A stretch of 64,000 nt of DNA, from NCBI GenBank assembly GCA_000004695.1, contig CM000154.2:4576001-4640000 (forward strand). The letters run 5' to 3'. The stretch comes from Dictyostelium discoideum (Eukaryota). Of the stretch, positions 48,322 through 59,550 are shown piece by piece. Position 1 is the first letter of the stretch; every line of letters begins with the position of its first letter. The notes under the pieces were generated by a model that did not search any database, was not told where the DNA came from, and was given only the letters and a program-made list of their open reading frames with translations. The position numbers and the translations under genes were made by a program.

Positions 48322-49596
48322 TTATAAAAGTTTAGCAATAATAAACCAATCTAATGATGGTATTAATTTTGAATTATTATCTAAAAGTTTTGAACCAAAA
48401 TGACCTGAATAAATTGTACTATTGTATTCTTGATCAATATCTTTTAATTTTATAGGACATGATACATATCCATTTGGAATTGAATCACCATTAACTCTTG
48501 GCCATGGAAAATCCTCTTCTTCATCAAAAAATAAAAATTTTTTATCATTGTATTTACCATCATTATCGAATACACAAAAAGTAGCTAACCAACCTGTTAA
48601 AACTGATCCACCAGATCGTTGTTTATAATCAACTATTTGATTCCACCAAGTTGTATCAGGATTTCCTTTTGCAGAATCAATGAATTTATCAATCACTGCT
48701 AATAAATATTTATTTAACCATTTTTTAATTACACCATCTTTATTATCGAATTGAATTAATTTTTCAACTCTTTCTTTTAAATTTATCCAATCATTAATTT
48801 CACCTAATAATGTTACTTCTGAAAGTCCACATTTACATCCATATCTATAATCGAAATATTTCTTCATTGTTGACATTAATGCAATTGAAAATACAACTTT
48901 ATCAGATTCTGTTGTAGTTGTAAAATCTGGTATAATTAAATCTTTAATTGATGGATCTTTAATATTTGATTGAATTTGATTTGACATTTCAATTGTTAAT
49001 TTTTCAAAAGGTGCTTCTAATATTCTATATTCAGTCTCAACTATTAATTCCTTTTTACCAGTAAAATCTACAAATTTTTCACGTAATTCTTCAGAGTTTT
49101 TATTTATGTAGAACGATAATTGAGTTAATATTGCCATCCAGATATTATCTGGACGTAATACCAAATGATTGTGATTATTATAACTTTCCCAAGCAGAGTA
49201 TACAAAACTATTTAAATTAAATGATTCTAATTTTGAACCATCATCATCGCCATTGATAATACTTGTTTGTAATACTTTGTATTTTTTAGATTCTTCACCA
49301 ATTTCATTTTTAATTATTGCACTTGCTTCCATTCTTTCTTGATAATAAATTGAATGATTATTTTTAATTGAATTTAAAGGTTCATTTGTTTTTAATAATT
49401 CATTTTTTAAAAAATCATCAACATTAAATTCATATTTTAATTCCCATTTATTTTGTTCAATATCACAAACTCTAAATGAAATTGATTTATTATTTTCATC
49501 TCTTTTAATTTTGAAATTGTATTTAATTACTTTTGAATCTTTACCATCCTCATCAGCATGATGACAATTTATATTTATTTTTCTATTATTTTTCAT
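48322..49596 (-). CDS. Hypothetical 424-aa protein (conserved eukaryotic DUF-like).
   Basis: Single ORF with ATG at 49596 and an AT-rich promoter upstream. Its C-terminal half (..GNPDTTWWNQIVDYKQRSGGSVLTGWLATFCVFDNDGKYND..) is duplicated at 50019-50880. Confidence 0.55.
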   Translation of the reverse strand: MKNNRKININCHHADEDGKDSKVIKYNFKIKRDENNKSISFRVCDIEQNKWELKYEFNVDDFLKNELLKTNEPLNSIKNNHSIYYQERMEASAIIKNEIGEESKKYKVLQTSIINGDDDGSKLESFNLNSFVYSAWESYNNHNHLVLRPDNIWMAILTQLSFYINKNSEELREKFVDFTGKKELIVETEYRILEAPFEKLTIEMSNQIQSNIKDPSIKDLIIPDFTTTTESDKVVFSIALMSTMKKYFDYRYGCKCGLSEVTLLGEINDWINLKERVEKLIQFDNKDGVIKKWLNKYLLAVIDKFIDSAKGNPDTTWWNQIVDYKQRSGGSVLTGWLATFCVFDNDGKYNDKKFLFFDEEEDFPWPRVNGDSIPNGYVSCPIKLKDIDQEYNSTIYSGHFGSKLLDNNSKLIPSLDWFIIAKLL

Positions 49597-50018
49597 TTGT
49601 GTTTGAATTTCCCAACAACAATAAAAAAAAAAAAAAAAATTTTTTTTTTTTAATAACTCAAAGAACCATTTTACCAGAAAGTGAGAAAAAAAAAAGAAAA
49701 AAAAAAAAAAAAAAAAATTTAAAATAATAAAATAAAAATAGATTTGGTTATTAAATTGTTAAAGAGGTCATATTTTCTATTGTTGATATATTATTCATGA
49801 AGATTGTAAAAAATCTTTTTTCTTTTTTTTAATATTCCATGTTTTTCTATTTAAATACTCGAAAAAAAAAAAAAAATAACCAAATGAATATGGTTCTCAT
49901 AGAGATACTAGTTCTCATTTGTTGGATATATTGTTATTATTGTTATTTTTATTTATAAAACTTTTTATTTTTTTTTTTATTTTCCCTTTTTTAAATTCTC
50001 AAGTTTAGCAACAATAAA

Positions 50019-50880
50019 CTAATCTAATGATTGTATTAATTTTGAATTATTATCTAATAGTTTTGAACCGAAATGACCTGAATAAATTGTACTATCGTAT
50101 TCATGATTTAAATCTTTTAGTAAAACTGGACATGATACGAATCCATTTGCAATTGTATCAATATTAACTCTTGGCCTTGGAAAATCCTCTTTTTGATTAC
50201 CCTTATATGACATTATATATCTATCATCATTATATTTACCATCATTATCGAATACACAAAAAGTAGCTAGCCAACCTGTTAAAACTGATCCACCAGATTG
50301 TGATTTATAATCAACGATTTGATTCCACCAAGTTGTATCAGGATTTCCATTTGCAGAATCAATGAATTTATCAATCACTGGTAATAAATAAACTAACCAT
50401 TTTTTAATTTCACCATTTTTATTATCGAACTGAATTAATTTTTCAACTCTTTCTTTTAAATTTATCTAATCATTAATTTCACTTAAAAATGTTACTTCTG
50501 AAAGTCCACATAATGATTGGAAAACAAACTTAAAATAATTTTTCATTGTTGACATTAATGCAATTGAAAATACAACTTTATCAGATTCTGTTGTAGTTGT
50601 AAAATCTGGTATAATTAAATCTTTAATTGATGGATCTTTAATATTTGATTGAATTTGATTTGACATTTCAATTGTTAATTTATCAAAAGGTGCTTTTAAT
50701 ATTGGATATCCTGTCTTAACTACTAATTTCTTTTAACCAGTAAAATCTACAAATTTTTCACGTAATTCTTCAGAGTTTTTATTTAAATAGATGAAAATTG
50801 AGTTAATATTGCCATCCAGATATTATCTGGACGTAATACTAAATGATTGTGATTATTATAACTTTCCCAATAGTTCGTTT
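50019..50880 (-). pseudogene. Decayed tandem duplicate of the 3' two-thirds of gene 48322..49596.
   Basis: About 85% identical, including the 3' flank (compare 49930-50020 with 48240-48330), but with internal stops and frameshifts. The track splits it into ORFs 50019..50378 and 50466..50666. It has no 5' part. Confidence 0.65.
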
Positions 50881-50892
50881 GCATTTTGAAGA

Positions 50893-50990
50893 TTTACCAC
50901 TTGATTTTGAAAATGTGCCACTTGATTTTGAAGATTTAACACTGATTTTGAAGACCAGGAACTTGAACTGAAAGACCTTCAGCGTGTAAT
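50893..50990. repeat. Short tandem repeat of about 21 bp, 4-5 units (cacttgattttgaaRatKtRcc).
   Basis: ..ttgcattttgaagatttacc acttgattttgaaaatgtgcc acttgattttgaagatttaac actgattttgaagaccaggaac ttgaactgaaagacc. Confidence 0.7.
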
Positions 50991-51640
50991 CGTTAAGTTT
51001 CACATTCAACAATTATTCTTATAATACTTGGAGCAGATGGATAGTTTGGAAATCTAAAAAAAAGACCGGGGGATGGATCTTGATTTATTATATTTTGGAG
51101 AACATTAACTGGGGGAGCATTTGCATGGAAAAAATTCCATTGACCTTCTCCATAACCATGAGCAGATGTCTTTAAACCACCCTCGTTGAAACTATTTTCT
51201 GGACACCCAAATACTGAAAGGAACCACTCACCATGACCGGCAACTGGACCATCAAAACCTCTATATTACATTAAAACTTCGGCATTTGCCATTTCTGGTG
51301 GGTTTGCATTTGGAGTCCCCATCTCCTTGAGCCACCAGCTAGATCTGAGTAACCTCTGTGGTACAACCTTATCCCATCTTGATGGGATGCTTTACCGATA
51401 TATAGCAAGGTCAATACATGAGGAACCATATTCCCGAAAACAAAGTATACCCCGTTTCCCAACAAAAGCGTTTACTCCAGGACAGGCACTATTTGCGTTT
51501 CTTCTAATGAACATATTATCGTAAAACCATTGCGTGTTTGGAGTTATAGAATTGTCGTTGATAATACCAACATAGTGATGTGAGTTACAGGAGTTCACAA
51601 AAAAAAAGATCAATAAAATAATTTTAAATAAAATTTTCAT
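50990..51640 (-). pseudogene. GC-rich (about 42% G+C) degenerate ORF for a secreted protein, with a frameshift and stops.
   Basis: ATG at 51640 gives a signal peptide (MKILFKIILLIFFFVNSCNS) and then HHYVGIINDNSITPNTQWFYDNMFIRRNANSACPGVNAFVGKRGILCFREYGSSCIDLAIY. Protein-like reading then continues only by frame switching (..GYSDLAGGSRRWGLQ.. / ..GFDGPVAGHGEWFLSVFGCPENSFNEGGLKTSAHGYGEGQWNFFHANAPPVNVLQ..). The composition is unlike the flanking sequence (about 22% G+C). Confidence 0.4.
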
Positions 51641-52086
51641 TTGGAGATAGTTATTTATATGAAGTATAATATAATATAAAAAAAAAAAAAAAAAAATTTA
51701 TACAAAAATAAAATTTGGATTACATAAATAAAGTTTTTTTACTAAAGGACACACTTTCAATTTGCAACAAAAGGGAATACAACAAACTAATTAAAAATAT
51801 TAAAAAATAAATTATCAACGACTACTGTATACCAAGTACAACCTTACTAAATAGAGTAATTGTTGATCAATTTATTTAAGATATAATAATCCAACATACT
51901 ATTTTATTATTGAAACATTAAAATTTTTAATCCCATAAATTTTGAAAATCTAAAAAAACAAAAACATTACTCGAAATAAAAAAATTTTCAAAAAAAGAGG
52001 GAAAAAACATTTAGGTAAAATCCTATTTATAAATAAACTTTTAATTATTGCTTATTTCTTTAAATGGATAAACACTCGTTAATCAA

Positions 52087-52137
<51 letters not shown>

Positions 52138-52183
52138 TATCTGAATTTTTAAATGATATTATTTTATTTATTGGTTTTAAATA

Positions 52184-54889
52184 TTATTCTTTTTCAATAC
52201 AAACTTTAACTTTGTATTGTATTTGATGAAGGATAGAATCAGAATAATCGATGGATCCAGATTTAACATTATAACAAATGAGGGTATTATTATATGCATA
52301 GTTAAATTCTACTTCTTTTGGATAACAGGCAAGTTTACTTGATGCAGAGTTGAATTCTGTGATAATAGTTTGATTGGTAATTACAATTGGCTCTACTTCG
52401 GATGGTGGAACTTCAAAGCATGCAGAATAATCTGAAGCTTTTACCAATGAATTCTTTGAGCATGATGAGTATTTATTGTAATTATAGCATTCTACATTAT
52501 TAATGAATGAATGTTCAGGTTCACCGCCATCACTAACACATTCAACAATGTTTGATTGGGTTTCACTATTTGAACAGAAAATAGTAGAATTATGATTGTA
52601 TGTATATTCGTTAAATCCATCTTTACAATAGATTGGACTATTTTGACCATAGATTATCATTGATTTTTCATTGGCATCATATTCACATTTTAATGAACTT
52701 GAAACTTTTGAAACCGTTGGAATAGAGAATTTATAAGATGCAGATTTTGAACGAACACCACAATTAATTTCAGTTCCAAAGTTGGTTGTATTACATTTAA
52801 TACCATTATTATTAGCATTAATTTGACAAGTGAATGATTTGTTGAAATTGAAACTTAAATTATTATTATCAATACATGTTACAGTTTCATTGAATTGATT
52901 ATCAATTGTAAAGATACGATCATTATGATTAATTGAGAAAAATACTGCAGAGTAAGGTGTTGAAGCAATTGATAAAAGATTGGATGTTGGTACTGGTGCT
53001 GTTGATGATGATAATAGGTTACCACCCATTGATGATTTTGTTACCACCATTGCTAAAGCTATAGTTGATACACGTTTAATACCATTCTTTGCAACCTGAG
53101 TTACAACTCTTCTTGTTACTGCTGCGAATCCAAATTGTAATGATTTCTCTAATGCTCCTGAAAATGATGCTGTAGATGCTAATATTGAACCAGATTTAGC
53201 TGCTGTTGCAGATGTTGCCAATGCTATTTGTGTAAGTGGTAAAGCAGTTGATGCTAATAATGCTGCTGCAACCAAAGCTGCTAATCCAATAACAATAAAA
53301 ATTACAATATTTGTTGGAGATTCTGGATCAACATAAGAAAAGTAATTATTAAGACTATTTAATTGACTTTGAACATTAACACGAATTGGTAAACCTTTTC
53401 CTTTACCTGGTGGTACAGTACATTTTACATTTTTAGAATCAACCCACTCCCAGTTGACACAAAGTACGCCATTAATAGAAACTGTACCATTTGACGAATT
53501 AACAGAGTTTTTCAATGATTTTGGAACAAAGTCATAACCTTTGATTGTAATAGTTTTACCACCTGAAGATGGTGCTGCATATTGTTTATTATCCAATGAT
53601 GGTGGATTATAAGAGAATGATCTTGTTTCATTTGATTTTTGTCCACCAACTAAAAGTACAACTGAATGGTTTTTACCAATACCTGCAACTGGATTAAATG
53701 AGAAACTTGTTGAATTAATCCATTTAATATCTTTATATTGAGTTTTACCATTGATTGTTATTGAATTTACTGAAACATTTTTGTTTTCTTCTTTATTATA
53801 AAAATCTTTTAATTCAGCGGGAACGAAATTGAAACCAACATATTTAATATCAGTGGCACCATCAGTTGATACTGTAATTTTATTTGTAATATTTGGTTTA
53901 TTATAAGAGAATAAAAGTTGATTTTCAGATTTTTGTTCACCAATAGTAATATTAACTTTTAGATTGGCACCGATACCAGGTGGAATAATACAACTAACAT
54001 TGGTTGAATTTATCCATTGAACTGATCCACATTCAAATGTACCTATATAAATTCTTGAAGTATTTCTCCAAGATGCAATTGTTTTATTTGAATCATAAAA
54101 TGGTGAAATAAATTCGAATGGATTGAAATTAAAACCTGTAATATTTAAATATTGTGGTTTTTGTGGAGGAGTTACACAATTTAATCTACTACAATTACCA
54201 CCATGAGTATCTGAACTATTGGCAGTTAAGAATTTGGAAAGCCATGGTAGAGAATATGAATATTTATAAGTATATCTGGCAGTGTTTGCAAGTGTAACTT
54301 GGATTGTTCTATTAGCACCAACATTTATTGGGAAACTACATAGGTAAAGATCGAAATCGGTTGAATAATATGCATATTGGGATTTCAAGTATGGACAAAT
54401 ATTTGAATAATCGATTTTACTATTTGCAATTACATCTGAAGTACAACGTTGAATTTCACAAAATGAGTCAGTGCCATCCACTGTTGCTTCTGGAATTTCT
54501 TCAACAATCGAACCTAAACCTCTACCAACTATCCAATATTGATTTATATTTGATGTATTCAAATGTTTATCATCGTAATATAATTTATCAATAATCATTG
54601 ATGGATATGTAAATTTAATCGATGCAGTTGAGGCATTCATACCTGTGTTTATTGCAAAAACATTTACAGTATAAAAACCTGGTGGTACAATAACCTCCAT
54701 AATCTTATCAGAGGTGAATTTTGTAATTTCTGCAATTTCTGAACCAAAATAGATATTTGTGCTTCCATTGAAAAAGTTTTGACCATTAATAGTTACTACA
54801 TCTCCAATTTTACCTGTTGTTTTTGATAAACTACTAATAATTACATTTTCAAATGTAAAGTAATTTACAACACCACTTTTAATATTCAT
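52184..54889 (-). CDS. IPT/TIG-repeat protein with a hydrophobic Ala/Ser-rich segment and a Cys-rich C-terminal region. Probably the 3' exon of the giant gene that begins at 60495.
   Basis: Multiple TIG-like units (GDVVTINGQNFF..; LNITGFNFNPF..; ITINGKTQYKD..; ITIKGYDFVP..). A hydrophobic stretch (IVIFIVIGLAALVAAALLAS...) is followed by a 330-aa Cys/N-glycosylation-rich tail. There is no signal peptide at its ATG. The upstream ORF ends ..GSK + GTATGT at 55018, only 125 bp away, and an acceptor AAAAG|TGG at about 54878 keeps the frame. Confidence 0.55.
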   Translation of the reverse strand: MNIKSGVVNYFTFENVIISSLSKTTGKIGDVVTINGQNFFNGSTNIYFGSEIAEITKFTSDKIMEVIVPPGFYTVNVFAINTGMNASTASIKFTYPSMIIDKLYYDDKHLNTSNINQYWIVGRGLGSIVEEIPEATVDGTDSFCEIQRCTSDVIANSKIDYSNICPYLKSQYAYYSTDFDLYLCSFPINVGANRTIQVTLANTARYTYKYSYSLPWLSKFLTANSSDTHGGNCSRLNCVTPPQKPQYLNITGFNFNPFEFISPFYDSNKTIASWRNTSRIYIGTFECGSVQWINSTNVSCIIPPGIGANLKVNITIGEQKSENQLLFSYNKPNITNKITVSTDGATDIKYVGFNFVPAELKDFYNKEENKNVSVNSITINGKTQYKDIKWINSTSFSFNPVAGIGKNHSVVLLVGGQKSNETRSFSYNPPSLDNKQYAAPSSGGKTITIKGYDFVPKSLKNSVNSSNGTVSINGVLCVNWEWVDSKNVKCTVPPGKGKGLPIRVNVQSQLNSLNNYFSYVDPESPTNIVIFIVIGLAALVAAALLASTALPLTQIALATSATAAKSGSILASTASFSGALEKSLQFGFAAVTRRVVTQVAKNGIKRVSTIALAMVVTKSSMGGNLLSSSTAPVPTSNLLSIASTPYSAVFFSINHNDRIFTIDNQFNETVTCIDNNNLSFNFNKSFTCQINANNNGIKCNTTNFGTEINCGVRSKSASYKFSIPTVSKVSSSLKCEYDANEKSMIIYGQNSPIYCKDGFNEYTYNHNSTIFCSNSETQSNIVECVSDGGEPEHSFINNVECYNYNKYSSCSKNSLVKASDYSACFEVPPSEVEPIVITNQTIITEFNSASSKLACYPKEVEFNYAYNNTLICYNVKSGSIDYSDSILHQIQYKVKVCIEKE

Positions 54890-55015
54890 TTTTATATTTT
54901 TAAAACAATAAAATGAAATATAACTAATTAATTTAATTAAAAAAAAAAAAAAAAAAAAAATTGTAAATATATTATGTTTTTAAAATTAAAAATTATTATT
55001 AAAAAAAAAATTAAT

Positions 55016-57015
55016 TTATACATACTTTGAACCAGCACCAATTGCCTTAATATAAAATTGTGTATTTGTTAAAAATGTAATTGTATCTGTAACATTAGTT
55101 TCACCAATTTTTACAACCAAACCATATCTACTATCAGTTGCTTGTAAAAAGTTTTCACCAGTAACAGTAATTAATGAATTATATTTTGGATTTGTAGCAG
55201 AGTAAGTAATTTTAGTTACAGTTGGAATTGGGAATTTGAAGTAATATAATATATTTCTTGGATATAATGATTCGTAAATATTTTTGGAATATTCATTATA
55301 AATTTTAATTCTTTTATTTTGAAGACCGATAGTTAATGAACTTAATCTAAAGATAATTCTACATGTTCCGTTAGTGTATCTTTGGATGGAATTAAAACTA
55401 GCTTGACTTGAACCAACATATGCAAAAAGTGTATTGGTACTTGTTGGACAAAATCTGGCATTGACAGTAATCTCTTGTGATTTTACAGTAACGTCATCAA
55501 CAATTGGACCAATTGGACATGAATTAATGATTTTTCCACTTTGGAAATCTTGAATTGAAGATTCAATGAATGAACAAATCTTAAAATTTACAAAAACCAT
55601 TGATAAACCAAAAGATGAATTGGTTTTTGAAGGAGCGAAATAAGTATCAAAATTTGTATAACTTTTTCTGGTTGAATTGTTTTTCAATGCTAATTTAAAT
55701 AAATCAGAAGTAATTTGTTTTATATCGTCAAATGAATTCTTTGGTTTAACTTCTGTGGATGTATATGTACAAACATAATGACGAGTTGTTGAATCTACAT
55801 ATTTTGAAAGAATATTAATTTTTGAAACAACATTTGTAAGTTTTAAATATTCATAGAATTGACCTGATCTCCAATTTCCAATAATTGGATTATCAATCCA
55901 TCTTTTTTCAAAGAATTTAATAACTTTGGCAAATGTGGTAGTATTATATTTTATTAATTCATTTGGACAAACACCAATTGTTAAAAGAGTACTATTTAAA
56001 TCATTTTTAGTATTTAATAAATTTAAATCCTATTTTTTTTTATAAAAAAAAAAAAAAATAAAAAATAAATATTAATATGATATATATTTTTAATATTAAA
56101 ATAAAAATATTTTTTAAAAAAAAAAAAAAAACTTACATTTTGGGTAATACCAGTACAATTATAACGGCAATAATCTCTTGATGGACAATTTCTAATTGTT
56201 TCTGTAGTGAATGCATTTGCAAGTGTGGTTTCTAAAAAGGCACAAGTTTTGTTATTGATAGAGATAATAGTAAGACCTAATGCTGATGGACTTGATGGGT
56301 GTGGTGTGTGTGTAACCGTTAAACCTCTATCTACTTGTCTGTGAATTGATTGATTAGCAAACTTTCTAAGATCTATTGATTGATCTAAAATACTTGAAAA
56401 TGTTTTAAATTTGCCAGTGGAAGATATGTAGCTACAATAATTATTATTTGTTTTAGTGACAAATTTTGAAAGGATTTGTTTGGTAATTGTGGAATTGGTG
56501 AATAGGAGATTATAGAATTGGCCAGTAGTCCAATCATTTGGTATTTTGTTGTCATACCAATATTGTGAAAATAATGTTGATAATTGAATATCTGTGTAGT
56601 TTGATTGGAATTCACCACCACAAACGCCTCCTGAAAGAAGAACATGAGTGATTGAATTAAATGTATAAGCTCTTTGAGGTGTTCTACAGGTGTACTCACA
56701 TGGATTTTTAAGGGCTGGATTATTGGGGTAAATTTGTGAGAATGTTTTAGTGCATGCATGTTCTGAATACACCCCAATATAAATTTCTGCACTTGATTTT
56801 GATATACTATAAATACGGAATGGATATAAAGTATTACATCTTAATTGTAATGTAAACTTTCTATTTGTTGTGCCAGTATAAGTGTGTATTATATCTATTC
56901 CAGATGATTGATATCTAAATTGTTGAGATTCAACGCTACCATATGGAATGGTTAAATTCATACATGATTGATATGCAACACCTGAGATCATACATTGATG
57001 CGTGTTTCCACCCAT
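55016..57015 (-). CDS. Cys-rich repeat protein segment: complement(join(55016..56029,56137..57015)). Probably the middle exons of the same giant gene.
   Basis: GTAAGT donor at 56136..56135 and acceptor AATAG at 56031..56030, both phase 0. Encodes ..CEYTCRTPQRAYTFNS.., ..DYCRYNCTGITQN|DLNLLNTKNDL..HYVCTYTSTEVKPKN.. and a TIG-like end. The ATG at 57015 is preceded by an in-frame TAG. The link to the upstream exon at 57267 is unresolved; a possible micro-exon lies at about 57175. Confidence 0.5.
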
Positions 57016-57266
57016 ATTAAAATAAATCTAAATAAATAAAAAAAATAAAAAAAAAATAAAAAAAAACGAATGGATTTAGTAAATTTTTAATTTTAGTTTT
57101 AATTTTTTTTTTTTTTTTTTTTTTTTTTATAAGATTTAACTTACTGTATCATATTCATATTTATATATGTAATTACCTGATGAAATACTTTAAAATAAAA
57201 TAATAAAAACGTTAATATTTGTTATTTTTTAAAGGGGAAAAAAAAATATAGAAATTATTTACTTAC

Positions 57267-57774
57267 GTTTTGAGAGGTCTCAAATCAATATAGTTATCGA
57301 GTAATACGTTATGATAGAGAGCTGAAACAGTTTGTTGACAAGCATATTTGGATTGAATATTTAAATTGTATGTACACATTGGATTTTCACTGTATGATGT
57401 AACTTTATAATTTTCAGTTTTGTTGCATGTGAATGAAAGTTTGAGTGTTCTTTTATAACCTGATGAGGGACAATCACTATGAGTAGTAAGACCATATGAT
57501 TTGATTGATAAACTATTAGCTGAATATTGATAATATTGTGTTTTTCCAAGTGGATAAGTATTTCTATTGGAACTTAATATTTGACAAGCAAAATTATCAG
57601 CTCCACAAGAAATAGGTTGAATTCCGAAATTATGATAATAAGAAGAATCATAATTACCAAATGTTAGACCACGGTATTCAATTGAACCATTTCTTTTTAA
57701 AATAAATAAATAAAATTATTAATAAATAAAATTAAGTAATAAATAACTAATAATAAATAAATAACCAATAATAA

Positions 57775-57825
<51 letters not shown>

Positions 57826-59505
57826 TACATTGTTCTATTTTGTAATGGTGAAAAATCAAATACTTGACCATAAAAAGTACTACTGGAAGTAGGATTACTT
57901 CCAAAGTATTCATAATATGCTAACGGACATGCATTTTTGGATGATGCATAGATTGTTTGATTGCAAATAGAGTTATTAACAGTGGTTAAGACGGTGAATT
58001 CAGTATTGGAGCATCTAATATATACCTTTATCTCTGGTTTGGTTGTACAAATGGTAGGGGTAGATGATGAATTAAATGAAATTAAAATATTGTTTGATGT
58101 GTTACTACTTGCAATAAATGGTACTTTGGATACTGTTGGTTTATCAAAGAATGGAATAGTTGTTTTTCCAAGTCCTAAAATAAGACAACCATAATACTTT
58201 CCACTTAATCCTGAGAATTTATTACATACATCAACAGTACCACCACCGAAATTGAAAAGGAATCTATTGAGCTCTAGAGCTGACGAATATGGATTTGATG
58301 ATGATGTTCTTTAATAATTTTTTTTTTATCAGTAAAATAAAACGAATAAAAGAAAATAATAATAATAATAATAAAATACATACAATTTCAATGATCTTAA
58401 ATCATATTGATTGCCACCAAATAAGTATTTGTTTTCAATTGGACAAGCAAATTTAGTGGAGATTTGAACATCGTAGACACATGTTGAACTTTCCACAAAG
58501 CCTTTAATTGCATAGTTTTGAGTTGTATCACAAGTTAAAATAAAGTTACTTATTCTATGATAACCAGTTTGATTGGTACACTTGGTACTATCGATTTTTC
58601 CTGATTGGTATTGAATTGTTAAACCTTTATCAAAGAATTGGACATGACTGAATAGAGTAATACCAGTTGGATACCTTGTGCCATTGACTGAAACACATGA
58701 TTGAATTGGACCCTCACCAGCTGTAGCAGTACATAAAGTTGATGTTTCACAAAGACCAAAATAAAAAATGTTGCTACCATTTGTTGTAGTAAATTGTGAT
58801 GATCCTAAAACACTATTATAATGGAAATATTGAGATTAATTTAATTTAATTTTTTAAAAATTTAAAATAAATAGGTTAGATAATAAAATAATGATAAATT
58901 AAAATAAAAATAAAATAAAAGAATACATACTTTGAAGTTGGTGATAAATCGAAAAATCTATTTTTAGAATCTTGGAAAACACATCTATTTTTAGAATCTT
59001 TAGTATGTGGACTTTCCACTCTAGCATTTTGAATGAAATCATCGTAGTTTGTATCAGAGTATGTATAAACATAATTGTAAAGACTATAAAATGGAATGGT
59101 TTTTGGATTTCCAACTTCTACAGGTAATAATGATTGAATAGAATTAACTTGGTCTTCCAATACACCAATTGAAGCACGAGAGGATATATCGATTGTCTTT
59201 GATTGAGCAGAGGTTGAATTTGATTCGAGTGATGATGTTTTTGGTGCAATGAATTGACAATTACTTTCAAAGAAACACAAATAATTTGAATTTAACGATT
59301 GATAAATCATTGGTTTTTTATCATTATTGGCTGCATTTAATAACTCTATGAAATATGTTTTGAAATCATAAACATTTTCATTATTACTTAACACATCAAT
59401 TAAAAATGATACACTTGATTCTTTAAAACCTTCTAATTCATATAAATCATAAAAGAATGATGTTATTGAAGAGCTGTAATATGAGGCGTTACTTTTAGAT
59501 TTTCT

Positions 59506-59550
<45 letters not shown>

